A stretch of DNA of 64,000 bases from Eledone cirrhosa (lineage: Eukaryota). The notes under the pieces are model-generated. The model searched no databases, had not been told where the DNA came from, and saw only the letters and a list, made by a program, of their open reading frames with translations. The position numbers and the translations under genes are program-made. Below are positions 24,681-38,322 of this stretch, piece after piece. The stretch covers positions 213,404,001 to 213,468,000 of the forward strand of contig OZ024742.1 in NCBI GenBank assembly GCA_964016885.1, given 5' to 3'. How positions within the stretch are numbered: position 1 is the stretch's first letter; each line of letters starts with the position of its first letter.

Positions 24681-24914
24681 TATTATTATTATTATTATTG
24701 AATGCCATGGTTGACGGAGGCTCGGCTCTGTAAGGTATAGTAAATTTTGACCGCTATAACAATTGTAAATTGTTTAAAATTTTAACCAAATTGTAGACAA
24801 AAACACCCTCCTCCTCGTGAGAGGGGTCTTTCTGCCCGTTATTTGGCCCTTCGGTGGTTAAATAACCGCTTATTGGGGTTTTGTGCCCAATATTTATTTT
24901 AAACCAAAAAAAAC

Positions 24915-27045
24915 ATGTCTACGAAAAAGAATTTTTACAAGTCACTCCCACTCATTCCGTCTTCTTCTTCCTCAATCGTCACTACAGCAGAGAGAAGATT
25001 GTCTCTCTCCCTCCCTTCTCTAAATGTATCTCTCTCCCTCGCTTCTCTTTCGCAAGCGACGCCAGTAAAGAAAAATAGTTTCCAAAATCTCGTGCAAAGC
25101 ATGGAACATTTCTCCACGACGACGACAACGACGAAAAAGGTGTGCGGTAAATACGAAAACCCATTTAATTCGTCTGACGTCATGAATAATAGCAGTAGCA
25201 GCCGTAATAACAGCAGCAGCAGCAACGGTGACAAGGAAAACAACAGTAGCAGCCGCAACAGCATCATCAGCAGCATAAACAACAACAGCATTAGCAGCAA
25301 CAGCAACAACAACAGCAGCAGCAGCAGCAACAACAACAACAACAACCACAGCAACAGCGGCGGCGGCGGCAGTAGTCGTAGTACTTGCAGCAACAACAAA
25401 AGTAACAGCAGCTCTGACGACAACAACAACAACAACAACAGCAGCAAAGAAAAACCAATCTCGTTTGCAGGTATTGCAAAGAACCTGGAAACCATCCTCA
25501 TAACAAATGAGGAATTACAGGAAGCGAAGAAGATGGTGACGAAAACCGGACACCGAGCAATCTGCAAGGCAGCCGAAAATTTTTTCGAAACCCAACAGCA
25601 CTGTACGGTCACGTACCGTACAGTAAGCACAAAATCCCGTAGGGTTGAAAGAGCCACAGAGGGTCAAATACAAAAAGCCTTAGGGTCTGTGTGGCAGCGG
25701 AAAACGCATATCACCCGAGGCAAGAAATATGCCACCGTAGACGTGCTTTTTGCCACACCCCAGGAGGCAAAGGCTCAATCCTTAGTGACCCTAAGGAGCG
25801 AGGAAATGGTGTTGGTGCCCTCCTACTGCGGGCAAAAAATTGTGAGGGTCAAACTGACCCACGTCCCCCCCCCCGCCGGGATGGCCCCTTCTTGGCTGGC
25901 CGCGTCTGTCCTCGTCGGAATCGAGGACAAAACAACTGTACTGCAAGTACAGAAAAGAGTAAGAGAAGATTGGGTCGGCACCTCCATTGAGATGTTAATC
26001 CAAACCAACCAGGAGTGCATCGAAGCTATCCCGGATGTTCGATAACGGCACTCAACTGCCCATAAGTGTTGAGGGCAAACGCCCGAAATGCTTTTGCTGT
26101 GGATCGAAGACTCACCTCAGGGCCTTCTGCAACGAGAAGACCATGAGAAAGGAGAAAACCCCCCTCTTTCCGAAACCGGCTCCACGGCTACCAGCAACAG
26201 GACAAGCGGCAACCAGGAACGATAGGTCCGTGGCACCCATACCCACGCTACGGAAATCAAGAACAGCAGCAGCAGTGGAAGTATTAACAAAAACAACAGT
26301 AATACCAACTGCAGCTCCAACAGAGACTCTACTGAAAACATCACCAACAACAACAAGTGAAAGAGTGGAGCTGGTACCCCTCCCCGACCTCACAGAATCA
26401 GACATGGAGTGTGAGGTGGGAGAGGGATGGCAAAAGGTCGCAAGAAGGCACAAACGCAGAAGTAGCGCATCGTCGCCTTCGAAAAGGGAGGAAAGAAATA
26501 AAAAAAGAGTAAAGGCTACTGCAAAGAGACTCACAACAGCAACACCACCAACACCATCACCACCGGCGACAACCCCACCGCCAACAACAACAATACCTTC
26601 AACACCACCACCAAAAGCACCAACATCGCAAACACAATAACAAAACACACACACCCAGCAACAACGACAAGAAAATAGCAGAACCACACCCCACTCCCAG
26701 AAAAACAAATGCACGGCAATAAATACACACAACAAGAAACTAATGACTTACATAATTGAACACACAGACATTTCACAGCACGACTACATAATACCAGCAC
26801 CAATCAAAACACCAACGAACATAAGACTGGTAAGAATAGCACAGAAACAATACACAAACATTAAAACGAAATTCCCCATCGCAGTTAGTGATTTCAGAGA
26901 CCTAGGAGGGACTCTCAACCGGAGAGTATATTCGGACATACTCATAGAAGAGCCGACGACCAGCCGAAGGGACGATTCAACGGTCCCTTCACCAGACAAT
27001 CAAGTGAAAAGGGATGGAGAAACCATCCTTCCTCTACGAAAATAA
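24915..27045 (+). pseudogene. Tx1 ORF1 (zinc knuckle CFCCGSKTHLRAFC; N/S-rich and P/T-rich tracts), disrupted
   Basis: Frameshift near 26040 and stop at 26640; homologous to ORF1 at 11759. Confidence 0.8.
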
Positions 27046-27084
27046 CGGTAAGTGGTTTTTCCCATCTTTTCCACTCCATTTCAA

Positions 27085-30000
27085 CTTGACCTCACTCAGA
27101 ATAGGCATCATAAATGCGCGTGGCTTGGGGTCGTCATGGAAGTAGAGCCACCTGCTCAACGACCTCAGGTCACTCAACATAGATGTAGTGGCCATCAGCG
27201 AGACCAGAATCTCCGAAGCACGGGCCTTCGCACCGATCTTCGGCGGCTACGATGTGTACGCATCTCCCAGCCGTCCTGGATCGGGGGGAGGAGTTGCTGT
27301 GCTTTTTCGGAGAGGTTTGGATCTCGCCATACGGGCCATCTTCCTGGACCCAGAGGGAAAGTTTGTGGTGCTGGATGTGACCAGCGGAGACGAGCAAGCT
27401 TTCAGGCTAGTGGCCGTCTATGCCCCGACAGGAGCAGGGCGGCCTGATTTTTTCCGGCGTCTGGAGAACTTTCTTGGAACGTCCCGCTCTTTAGTGTTAG
27501 TGGGCGACTGGAACGGGATCTTAGATGCACGCTGGGATTGTGTGTGATTAGCGAATAGGGGAGGAGGGTGCACGAGCCTCACCAACCTGCTCAGGCGTTT
27601 TGAACTGTCTGACAGGTACCGAATGGATTTCCCGAATGTGCCAATGTGGACTTGGACAAATCGCATAGGGTCATCCAGATCATATCTAGATAGAGTATTT
27701 TGTAGGGAAATAGATAGGTCTAGCATAGGCTGTCCACAATTCAAGATAGTCAGCTACACAGACCACAAATTCTTGATCTGTGTGCTTGACTTAGATAGGC
27801 TTCATAGACGAGGACCCGGCTACTGGAAGCTAAACGCGTCCTTACCAGCGCGCAAGGCCTACAGGGACCGGATTACCAAACTAGTTAAGCGGGCGTTGAC
27901 GGGGGCCATCGTCAACAACAATTGGTGGTTTGCTCTGAAAAGAGCGATTAGAATAGAGTCCATTAGGTTTAGTAAGGCTTTAGCAATAGAGAAAAATAGA
28001 GCAGAGGGAGAACTAGTTAGAAAATTAGACGAGGCGCTTAGCCAATGCATCACGACCGACGTGTTTGCGTTGAAATTAGCTCTTGGCCAATTCTTCAATG
28101 TAAAGCACGAAGGCTGCGTTGTCAGAGCTAGGGTGCGTGCTCTCAGACACGAGGGAACGAAAGCCGTTCAATGGGCCCGAGTGGCGGAGGCGCGTCGTGG
28201 CAACAGAACCACGATCTGGTCTTTGGTGGACCACGACGGGCGCATGCTACTCGATCCCGGGCAAATGTGTGAAGCTTTTCAGCGACACTTCGCTCAGCTG
28301 TTCGGGGGCAGCGGTGGGCCGGGTCGAGGGATGGACTTTAGTGTCTACCTCGACGGACTGCCGCGGCTCTCGGCCACTGAGGCGGAGTGTTGAGAAAATC
28401 CCATAACAGCCGCTGAAGTACGGGAGGCAATAACTGGCTGCACAAGGGGTAAATCGCCTGGTTTGGATGGTCTGCCCTATGAATTTTACGTACAGATGTC
28501 AGACTTGTTCGGAGGCCTCTTGGCGGACGTCTACTGCAACTGGCAACAGAACGGGAGAATTCCCAGCTCTGTGAGCCAAGGAGCGGTGGCACTGCTGAGA
28601 AAGGATCCGAACAAGGGGGATAACATAGATAATTTTAGGCCCAGAACTCTGCTAAACACACAGATCAAGATTTTGGCCAAGGTGCTAGCAAAGAGGTTGG
28701 CGCTTGTCGTTGGTGGTCTGGTGGGAGAGGCGCAGACATGCGCCATTCCCGACAGATCCATCCACGACAACCTCCACCTCATGCGATACATCGTAGAGAG
28801 GGTAGCTAGGTAACCTGGCACGGGTGGGTCTTTGATCAATTTAGATCAGTCGCAAGCTTTCGATAGGGTCGACCATCGTTACCTAGCGGCAGTCCTGAGG
28901 GCGGCTGGTTTTGGGCCCGTCTTCAGAGGCTGGATCGCTGCCATACACAGCGACATCTGCTCTGTGGTGAGAGTGAACGGTCACCTTTCGGAACCGTTCA
29001 ACATCATGCGCTCGGTCCGCCAAGGATGTCCCCTCTCGTCCCTCTTGTACGTATTGACTCTCGAGCCATTACTGCACAAACTGGAGACGTTGAGGGGCGT
29101 CCCGCGCGAACTAGGATGCGGAAGATCCGTGTCAGCATATGCGGACGATGTCACCGTAGTGGTGTCGAACGCCAAACACATCGAGGCGATCGGCACTACA
29201 CTAAGAGAATACGAAGCGGTGACAGGAGCAATGATCAACCAGGAAAAGTCAGTGGGCCAGCAGCTCGGCACCTGGAGAGGCAGGTCCATGCCGTCCAACA
29301 GCCTCGTCGGACGCTGGACGGGCGGACCGGTTAAATTGCTAGGGGTCTGGTTCGGTCCGGACCTCCAGACGGACAAAAACTGGAATGAGGTGACGAGCAG
29401 GGTGGCTTCTCTCACCCAGAAATGGGCGGAGAGGAAGCTATCCCTGAAAGGTCGAGCGGAGGTGGCTAACGCGTACATCGCGTCTGTCATCTGCTACCGC
29501 CTGACAGTCGTACCTTGTCCTAAGCCTCGCCTGACTGCGCTGGAGCGTTTGCTCTTTCGCTTTTTGTGGAAGGGACGCGCTCCGATTGTCAGGCGGTCCA
29601 TCTGTTGTCAACACCCGCTACGTGGAGGGCTGGGCATGCCGTGGCTGATGATGCGCAAGCACGCGCTCAGGCTACGACATCTCCACCTCTTCCTCGACGG
29701 TGATCAGGTGTGGTCGCCGTTTGCTAGACACGTATTTCCCGAGCTCGTTTCCTTGACGGAGTTGCAGTCCTGGGTCAAGCGAAGACCGAGAGGGAGCGCC
29801 TGGAGACTGGAATGTCTTCAGGCGCTCACAGCCCTCGACCAATCGGGCAATGTGATCGGTGGAAACTCCACCTCGGCGTTCTATAGAGGATTAGTGGAGG
29901 GGAAGAGCGACGACGTACTTGGGGAAACTCTAGGCGTCGACGAAAATCAACTAGCCAATCTCTTCGGAAGAACTTTCGGGCCAGGGCCTATGGACAACAT

Positions 30001-30505
30001 CCAGAAATCTCTGGCCTGGCAGTGCTACCAAGGAGCCTTGCCAGTTCGGGATAAACTCTACAGGCATGGAGGTGCCGTCAGTCGGGCATGTCCGAGATGC
30101 GCGCAGGGCGACGGAACCGTCCTGCACGCACTCGTCCAGTGTCCGAAAATTGCTGACTTGTGGGTTTATGTCGAACACCTGCTGTCGCGTGTAGGAAGGA
30201 TCCGGCTATCATCTGAGTCCATCGTGAGGATTGCCCCGCCCTCCTCCTTTAGCCGGGAAGGGCAGGCAGTTTTTATCTGTCTGGTGGCCATGGCGAAAGC
30301 GATAGTATGGTGGACACGTTTGAAAGGGCTGAAGACGAGCACTTACCTCTTCAGTGATGCTCTGATTGACTTTTTCAAATTTCATTTGAAAAGGAAAATC
30401 AGAGTAGAGAGGGAAGTGCTCTCTTCCCAGCATTTTGTTGAAAGATGGGTGAGAGAGGCAAGAATGGACCGAGTGAATGGGCCTACTCTGAGTATATATC
30501 TGTAA
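27085..30505 (+). pseudogene. Tx1 ORF2 (APE-RT), single frame with premature stops
   Basis: INARGL, AISETRI, VGDWNG, YLDRVF, TDHK, YADDVTV, CPRC; in-frame stops near 27143, 27545, 28391 and 28811. Confidence 0.92.
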
Positions 30506-30752
30506 ATTAAAGGTGGAAAACTGGGAGAGGGCACTTGCCTTGGTGGTCAGGGTCACTGTGGCCTTTTACTGGGCTTTCTCCACAAATGTCCCTCCGAAGT
30601 CTCCCCCCTATTGGGGAATTTTTCATTGTTATTTTTGTTACATCCTCTGTTTTTGTTTTTTACACGCAGAAATGCCCATTTGTACCGTACTGTATTGTCC
30701 TGCACTGTCCTTAATGTCTACTTTATGTAAACCCTTGTGGTTAATAAAGAAA

Positions 30753-30795
<43 letters not shown>

Positions 30796-30828
30796 TATTA
30801 TTATTATTATTTGAGAGAGAGAGAGAGA

Positions 30829-30865
<37 letters not shown>

Positions 30866-31244
30866 AGAGAGAGAGAGAGAGAGGGCGTGTGCGTGGGAGA
30901 GTGTATGTATGTGTAGGGAGACAATTACATATCTAGCGACCCCGAAATGCTGAAAACAAAGTTGAGCTCGGTGGGATGAGAACTGAAGATGTAGGAAGCC
31001 GCCGGAAAGAATACTGCAATGTATTTCTATTGGAAGCTCTAACGACACCGACAAGTCACTGCCAATAAATTATAGCAAAGCAGGAAACAAGCTAGAGCTA
31101 GCACTTCAATTACAACACTAAAAATAATAACACCAATATTAACATCAATGCGAGCAACAAGGACATCAGTAGCAATAAATACTACAAAACAAAAGCAAGA
31201 ACAAAGAAACCAAAACAAACATCGACTACAGTAGATACTTATGG

Positions 31245-31400
31245 TGTCCTTGGCCCTAGGACCACCTCGCTACACACCACCATCAGCACAAAGTTGGCCA
31301 CCCACAGGTGCGAGCATGGAATGGCTCTTCCAGCGCGTTTCACTCACCATCCTCCGGGGAAACGCCTTCTCTAATTCTGTACACCGGGGTCGCGAGGCAA
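31245..31400 (+). mobile_element. CRE-like RLE retrotransposon, 3' remnant
   Basis: GVLGPRT...EWLFQRVSLTILRGNAFS; homologous to 60850-61120. Confidence 0.65.
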
Positions 31401-31514
31401 CCAGCGCGTTGACCCCTATTTGCTCAATATAGTGAAATATGGGGAGAACGGGTGAGACGGAAGCAGTAACAGTGGGAGTCTGGTTCCATTGTGTTCGGAC
31501 CTGGTATATGTACG

Positions 31515-31547
<33 letters not shown>

Positions 31548-31604
31548 AACAATGGTATATCGTGCAATGGCCATACTCGATAACGAGGGGGCAGTCATCA
31601 TCCT

Positions 31605-31801
31605 TCTATGTTTGTTTACTTGTCTCGCTCGCTTTACGCGACTTACTTGTCCCAATAGCTTTATTTAGCTATTGCTCGTACCAACTGGAGGTATATGATT
31701 TTTAAAGCGATGAAATACCAATGAAGGTTGGAAAATCACTGATGAAGGACTATTTTTATCATATGTAACCCATGTGCAACCACGCAGTATTCATTATTCT
31801 C

Positions 31802-31810
<9 letters not shown>
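31605..31810 (+). repeat. Dispersed copy of the 51230-52090 repeat family
   Basis: Shares tttacttgtctc...aaatcactgatgaaggact...aaccacgcagtattc; ends in (TA)n. Confidence 0.8.
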
Positions 31811-31871
<61 letters not shown>

Positions 31872-31874
<3 letters not shown>

Positions 31875-32217
31875 GGTGTCCCCAAAAAATATATACACAA
31901 GAAATCTTTCAAAAATGCATTAAAATAAATTCTGTTTTATATGCAATTATAAAATCCCGCCCAGGTTAACTTTGCCTTTCATCCTTACGGGGTCGATAAA
32001 ATAAAGTACCAGTAACATACTGGTGTAATTGCTGGCCTTGTGCCCAAAGTAAAAACAGTTATGTAAATTATGTAAACATGTTTAGGTGTTTACATACAAT
32101 TGAATTATGTCTGTAAATCATTTTATTTTGGGGAAAGGCTGTGCATTCTAATAAATATTGCCTGTACAGGTAATCAAAGTGTGTATATATTTTTGGGGGG
32201 GAGAGGGGGGCATCCTG
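31872..32217. mobile_element. Tc1/mariner-like MITE containing a SINE fragment
   Basis: TA-CAGGGTGTCCCCAAAAAATATATACAC ... GTGTATATATTTTTGGGG..CATCCTG-TA; SINE 3' half at about 31955-32060. Confidence 0.65.
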
Positions 32218-32718
32218 TATTTGTAGCAATAGCATCATCAGCGGCAGCCAATAGAATGTGTGGGATTCTGATAATTCCTATAGTCTTTTTGTTTTTTCTT
32301 TCTTTCATCAAACCCTTCCTCTGTCATTCTTCCCCTCTCCCTCATGACAACTCTAGAGGTTCTATTTTATTTTGCTATGCATTTGCTGTTTTATTTGTTG
32401 AGTGTAGCATATTGGTTATGGGTGTTAAAACATATTGAACAACCAATTCAATGACGTTGATGGCACTTACTGGTTTCAACATAGAAGTGTCACGTCATGA
32501 TAGTTTTTCTTTTAAATCATTTTTTACTTTAAACAAATATTGTTTGTTAATCTTTCTCATTAAGCTGTGGCAGGAAGTTATTATATATGAAAAAAACAAC
32601 AACAAACCAACAAAAAACAAAACAAAAATGAAATGGCATATATCAATTTATATAGAGGTATGTAGTGTTTTTTGTCCATATATATATGTGTGTGTGTGTG
32701 TGTGATATGATGTATATG

Positions 32719-32756
<38 letters not shown>

Positions 32757-32798
32757 ATGAAGTCAACAGGTTATTATTCACTTCGTTTATTCATAATC

Positions 32799-32846
32799 GC
32801 TGTTATACATATTTCGGTGATAACAGTTATGACCTCATCAGGCAGC
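32799..32846 (-). ncRNA. Type-I hammerhead ribozyme motif
   Basis: Minus strand gctgc-CTGATGA-ggtcataactgttatcacc-GAAA-tatg-TA-taacagc; stem II pairs, stem I is bulged. Confidence 0.6.
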
Positions 32847-33291
32847 TAGAAGTTGAACAGAAAAATAGAAAAAACATAAAGATGAAATGAAGCTTACTTC
32901 TGTTGTTTCGATTCATTGATATGCTCCGGGCTGGTATTTGGTGTTGGTCTCTTATCAGCATCGGTAGCATATTATTTAGAATAAACACCCTTACAGCATC
33001 AGTAGAAGGAGTTTATAAAGGCACCTTCCTATTGTCAGATTTATATATATATAAACATTTAGACGTTCATCTACATGTGATAACACATCTGAGGAGCTTC
33101 TGAACATTATTCGATCGTTCCTCGAGCTGATCGACAGTGAAGCATATGTAATAAGAAATTAAATATGTATATGATGCAATACTGATTCTTTGTTCCCTGT
33201 TTTTATTATTATTGATACTTTGCTCCCCAGGAGCATTGAGTACTCATCTTCGCATAACGCATGTGAATACAATTCAATTGCACCTCTACTA

Positions 33292-33360
<69 letters not shown>

Positions 33361-33495
33361 GAAGGGATATTTAATTTGTTGGAAATACGACAAATATAAA
33401 TATTTATAACTGATTCAGAGCACTCGTCAGATTTCTGGAGTAAATATTCAATGATATTAAATAAATGGAAACTATATTTATAAAACCATATTTAT

Positions 33496-33552
33496 CCTAT
33501 TATATATATTTCAAGGGTACCAAAAAACTTTGGTACGCTTTCATCAGATAAA
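33496..33552 (-). ncRNA. Type-I hammerhead ribozyme motif
   Basis: Minus strand tttat-CTGATGA-aagcgtaccaaa(gttt)tttggtaccctt-GAAA-tatata-TA-atagg. Confidence 0.7.
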
Positions 33553-33873
33553 GTACAAAGAGTGTTTTATAAATTTTGACATACCCAAGAAAATCATACC
33601 TTATCAGTTGAATTTTCATGCAAGAAAATCCAACTGATAAGGTATGATTTCCTTGGTTCAGCGGACTTGTGAGATACCAAACCCAGCATGAGTCCATTGA
33701 AGTGTGTCAGACGGAGAGTAGCTGATGACCAGTGTGGCAGCAAATATTGACCAGAATTTATGATGACGTAGAAAAACAACAGCCAATGGCAAAACAAGAG
33801 TGGAAGATGTTTTTTGAAGGTGTTTTTTTGAAGCTAACACCCCAGTGAGAAAATTTGCTCCGAAAGCATTGCA

Positions 33874-33963
33874 TGTGTCCGAAGAACCCGCAGTTATAGA
33901 ATCAGGCAGAGCCATACAATGATCATGATTCGAGCTATATGCCGGCGAAACAATTGTAACACG
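33874..33963 (+). ncRNA. Variant hammerhead (CCGAAGA core, extended stem II)
   Basis: tgtgt-CCGAAGA-(61 nt)-GAAA-CAATTG-TA-acacg. Confidence 0.55.
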
Positions 33964-34094
33964 CAATAAACTGAGTCTAGATGCATCACTGATTTTTCGT
34001 TTTTTTATATTATATCACACTATGCTCTGTAAGAACATAGAGTGCTCAACTGGCATACCGCCTATTGAAGCACCATAGCTACCATTAAATACAC

Positions 34095-34176
<82 letters not shown>

Positions 34177-34221
34177 AATGAATAATAACAGGTAGACATC
34201 ATAAAAAGAATTTATTCCGAG

Positions 34222-34338
34222 TGCTTACAAATTTTTCAACAGTAGTTATACAGCCTAGTCATACTATGTGCAAATTGGTCATTATTTGTTTGCAGAAACT
34301 CAATTTTCAAGTGCTGCTTCTACCGTTTCCTCGGAGCA
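34222..34338 (-). ncRNA. Variant hammerhead (CCGAGGA core, extended stem II) in P1 3' end
   Basis: Minus strand tgct-CCGAGGA-aacggtag-(74 nt)-ctactgtt-GAAA-aatttg-TA-agca. Confidence 0.6.
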
Positions 34339-34661
34339 GAATGGTTAAAATGTAAATACCCTTGTATTTCTTAAAGGAAGTTATTGGGGACGATAGAGTA
34401 GAAAAGGAAGAGAGAAAGAAGGGGAGAGAGAGAGAGAGGGAGAGAGAGAGAGTAAGAAAGAGAGATAGAGAGGAGACAGACGAAAGCTACGAGAAGGGGA
34501 TACATCGAGTTCATAGTTGTAGCCTGAAAATCGCACTCAAGTATCTATAATGATAAGCAGGGTTTTGGCTTGTAGTGTGGAGGTGGGGGATATAGTTAGG
34601 AAGTAGTTATTGAGAGGAATTAGTTAGCGAGAAAGCGATGTTGTAGTCTCGGGTTCGAATG

Positions 34662-37000
34662 TTAAGTTATTTTATAGTGAGATAATTTAGCCTTCAGTTT
34701 GTGGTTGCAATATAACGATCGTTCGATTCTGTCATTTAGCACTTTGTTTTGGGATTTTAAGATATAAAAGAGTTCAAGATTGCATAATCTGCAGTACTTC
34801 AATCCACTCCGATATGCACTAGCGCTGGATAATTTATTCCATTTCAAGGTGAACTGCCGGTTGCATTCTTGGAGTTGCCAGGTCTTATTGGCGAGCGTAG
34901 TCACAAGACGGTGTTTAGGATGTTTAATCGAAAATCGATGACGAAACCAGCGAGGTTTAAAGGAGGTAGTGGTAGACCCGATGTAATACCATTTCTGGTC
35001 GTTCGATTCGACAGTGCTTTGATAAACAATGTTGGACTCTAGGCATTTATTCTTCAATGGGCATCTTTCGGGTAGGTGGCAGTTGCAGTTTTTGTTGTGG
35101 GTAGCAGGTATACCATGGATAGGTTGAGATAACAGTTCAGGTGGGTTGTGTAATACCTGTCTCCCATTTGCTGGTTGGGAGGCTGATATTACATTATGCT
35201 CATCTGTTACTAAAATATTTTGTTTTGTAGTGTTGTTTAATAATTGCTTTAAGTTAAATTTATTTATGTATGTTTCAAGGTTTGGTGCAGTGGAGTATGA
35301 TAGCTTAATAGTCTTAGAGTTTAGAATCTTACTGTATTTATGGGAACTAGGGAAATGGTTGTTAATTAACTTAAAGAATGAAAGAGATAGTTTTGTACTT
35401 ATCGAAGGGATTATACCAGATATACTTTCTACAACGTAATTTATTTGAGTCTGGTGATGATTTTCTATTATTAGTATGTCTGGTGGTACTGCGTGTGTGC
35501 GCTTGTATTTCTGTACCCCGGTTACATATTCTTTGATTTCGTGTGTAGCTATGTGTGTTATGAAGATTCTTATCAATGTATTCTATTTTATCCCGGTGGT
35601 CTGCTTTCCTTAATGCGTTATTATAGTATTCAGCATGTTCACTGAAAATCTCAGAGTTAGACGATAGGCGCGAGATTCTGAGCGAAATACTACGGGGAAC
35701 CGATTTGATCATGGAAAGTGGGTGGTTTGAGTTAAAATTGATATAGGTAAGGTTCTCATTTATCTTGTGGAAGGGTCGTATCAGTCCGGTATTTAAATTA
35801 AGAGTTACGTCTAGAAAATTTACCACTTTAAGATTGTATTCGTACGTTATTTTTAGACCCAGTTCATTGAAAGATTTTCTAATGATTTTCCGTAGCTTTT
35901 CAAGATTTTGGTTATTTAAGTTATTAACTAATAAAAGTGCGTCATCTCTATATATTCCCCCCTGTAGATTACTAAATGTTCCATGTAGTATGTGGGCAAT
36001 GTAAATTCCCACAAGATCCGTGACCTCCGCTGAGTCGTTAGAGCCCATGGTGATGTCGAAGTTTGTGGGTCTGTCCCTACGTTCCCAGTAGCAGTTATCA
36101 AACTTGATAATAGTTTTCCTAGCCTCTAGAATAATATTAATTTCGTCCTCCGTTAGGTCGGAATTGACCTTGGCAAACGATAGGGCCTTACGTAAAGTAC
36201 TGTGTGAGATTGAAGAGTAGTATTCGTCTATGTCGAATTGTATAAACTTAGACTTACTCTTGTTCTTAACGTTATTAAACCAGCGAATTGCTTCGCTAGT
36301 GTTACCCCATAATTTAATTTCTATTTTCTTTTTCACTTGAGTAATTACGTTGTTAGGTATATGTTTGTTAATTTTTCCTATGTCTGATTTAGAAGGGCAT
36401 ATAAGTCTAATCTTAGGGTTAGAATCAATATTTATCTTATGGTCCTTCAGGTTAAAGGTGAGGGTTGCAGGTATAATCGGCTCGGGTCTATCGTCTATCT
36501 TGAGATTCTTCACTACTTTATATGCTTCGTTGTTAATGTTCGTTAGTGTAGTTTCACTCGTTTTTCTATATTTCTTATGTAGTTCTTTGCCTATTAAGCT
36601 GTTGTATGTATCGATATCCATGGTATACACGTTAGAGGTCTTATCAGCTTTCACAACAATCCCATTGGTATTTTGCAGCCTTCGGAGTAGTGCTTTCATG
36701 TTGTTCTGCAGCTTATTACTTCTATGTTTGGTAAACTTGATATTCATTGTCATATTCATCAAGTCTTGTTCGAAAGCATCGAGATGGGGATTTGTGGATG
36801 GGTTTTTACATGATTTAAAAGCCATATGATTCATTGATTGATTCAGACGAGTGACTAGCGTGTGCCTTATCGAAATGGAAAGCCTTCCATCGTACACGCC
36901 GAATAAAGTCATTATTGCGTTGTATCATACCAAGAATGTATTCCCTTTTGTTAGGTATAGGGATGTTTTTAAGTGACATACCTATATGATGTCTTTCCAT
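34662..37000 (-). pseudogene. PLE RT-GIY-YIG ORF, two frameshifts
   Basis: ORF pieces 36815-37000, 35371-36912 and 34662-35576 join into one PLE protein. Confidence 0.88.
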
Positions 37001-38322
37001 ATTACTGCCGTATGTCAGTGTGGTTGCTCAACTGTGCAGGAGGCGATTATTAGGTTATGCAAGAAATGCTTAGGATTTTCCTGAATGCAGTAATGGTTAA
37101 TTACTACACTAGATATATATATATATTAATTACTACACACACTATATATATATATATATATATATAGGAACCAGTAAGACCCCGACAGCTGAGCTCAAGC
37201 CGTTTCGACGGCTAATTCTGGACTAAATGAAAATTTATCCTGGTATTTAAATAGCCGATCTTCTCAAGGGGTAATTCCATATATGGTCAAAGTGATTGTC
37301 AAAAATCAGTAGTAATTCTGTGGTTGCAAATTAGTAGGGGAGATGGTGGCTAAACCTGCCAGTAGGAGAAAGAGGGCATGAGGTCAAAGAAGATACAGGG
37401 GGAGGGGGGGGGGAGTCGGACGGTAGGTAGAACAATGGGGGGTAGAAATAGGAAAGAAAAAATACTGAGAGTGAAGAAAAGCAAATAAGTGTAAAGAAAA
37501 AAGTAAAGTAAATTAAATTCTACGACCTAGGTGTCAGGCTATGGTTAGGCTAGAATAAAATAAAGAAAGAAAGAAAGAAGTAAAGAAATAAATAAATAAA
37601 TAAATAACGAAATAAGTAAAAGAACTAGGTGGGACGAAATAGGCAAGGACCCTTTTAAGAGGTATAAGTACGTAAATGATACGGTGACGGGTCAACAAAA
37701 GGGGCCAAAATACTAAAGAGACTACCACGAAATAAACAATAAAGGCTTCCATCCCGGGCCAGCAACGACCCAGTGCAGCAAAGTGAACTTGTACGAGATA
37801 ATAATTCTGAGTCCCGAGAAAAATATATACTAATGCTAACTCTAAAAGATCTAAAACAAGCTACATGAAGGTTCGTACGAAATAAAGGTAGAATGCGGAG
37901 AAATAAATTCAGAATCCACCCCGCCCAGAAGAAAAGCGAAGCAAGAAATACTGAAACGAAAAAATAAGGCATAAGTGCCACTAAGAAATATAGAGGGCAC
38001 AGAGAATAGTGGGAGCGGTCGGAAAAAGGGGGCAAGTATCCGGGGTCTAAGCCAACTGCTATAAAGGGCGGAGTCCGCCAAATCTATCATAGACTAGGGG
38101 AGGGGGTGGTGGGGGTACTAAGGCTACATGGGGCCAAAGGGCAGCCTCGGGTGGGCGAGAAAAGACGCCGACAAAGGAGAAGAGCTGGGGTAGAAGGACA
38201 AAGGAGAGAGGGGGGAAGGAAATAAAGGAAGTGATAAAAGAATACAAAGAAGATCTTACGTCTTCCTTGGCAAGCAGGGATACCCATTGCAAAATCGGCA
38301 AGTGGGGTGTTATAGCCCTAGT

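Larger units (their letters stand above)
24700..30754 (+). mobile_element. Tx1/L1-clade LINE, full-length copy 5 (subfamily C)
   Basis: 5' UTR, ORF1, ORF2 and 3' UTR ending GTGGTTAATAAAGAAATC; (TAT)n at 24681-24699 and (ATT)n at 30755-30811. Confidence 0.93.
34173..37112 (-). mobile_element. Penelope-like element P1 (C-terminal GIY-YIG, CxC-x5-C-x5-C linker; probably Hydra clade)
   Basis: RT (QFDIDEYY, ITMGS, IYRDDAL, FLDVTL, SNHP), CNCHLPERCPLKNKC, NIVY...YIGST; (TA)n at both ends. Confidence 0.9.

Noticed and set aside
24749-24880. Possible HDV-like ribozyme in the Tx1 5' UTR (GACCGCT/AGGGGTC, CTC-CTCCTCGT-GAG, P4-like hairpin)
   Set aside because: P1 has a mismatch, the P1.1 GG is missing, P2 is weak and the predicted cut would not match the element 5' end.
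27143-28813. Programmed read-through or selenocysteine recoding of in-frame stops in Tx1 ORF2
   Set aside because: Stops are mixed (TAG, TGA, TGA, TAA) and are most simply explained as nonsense mutations.
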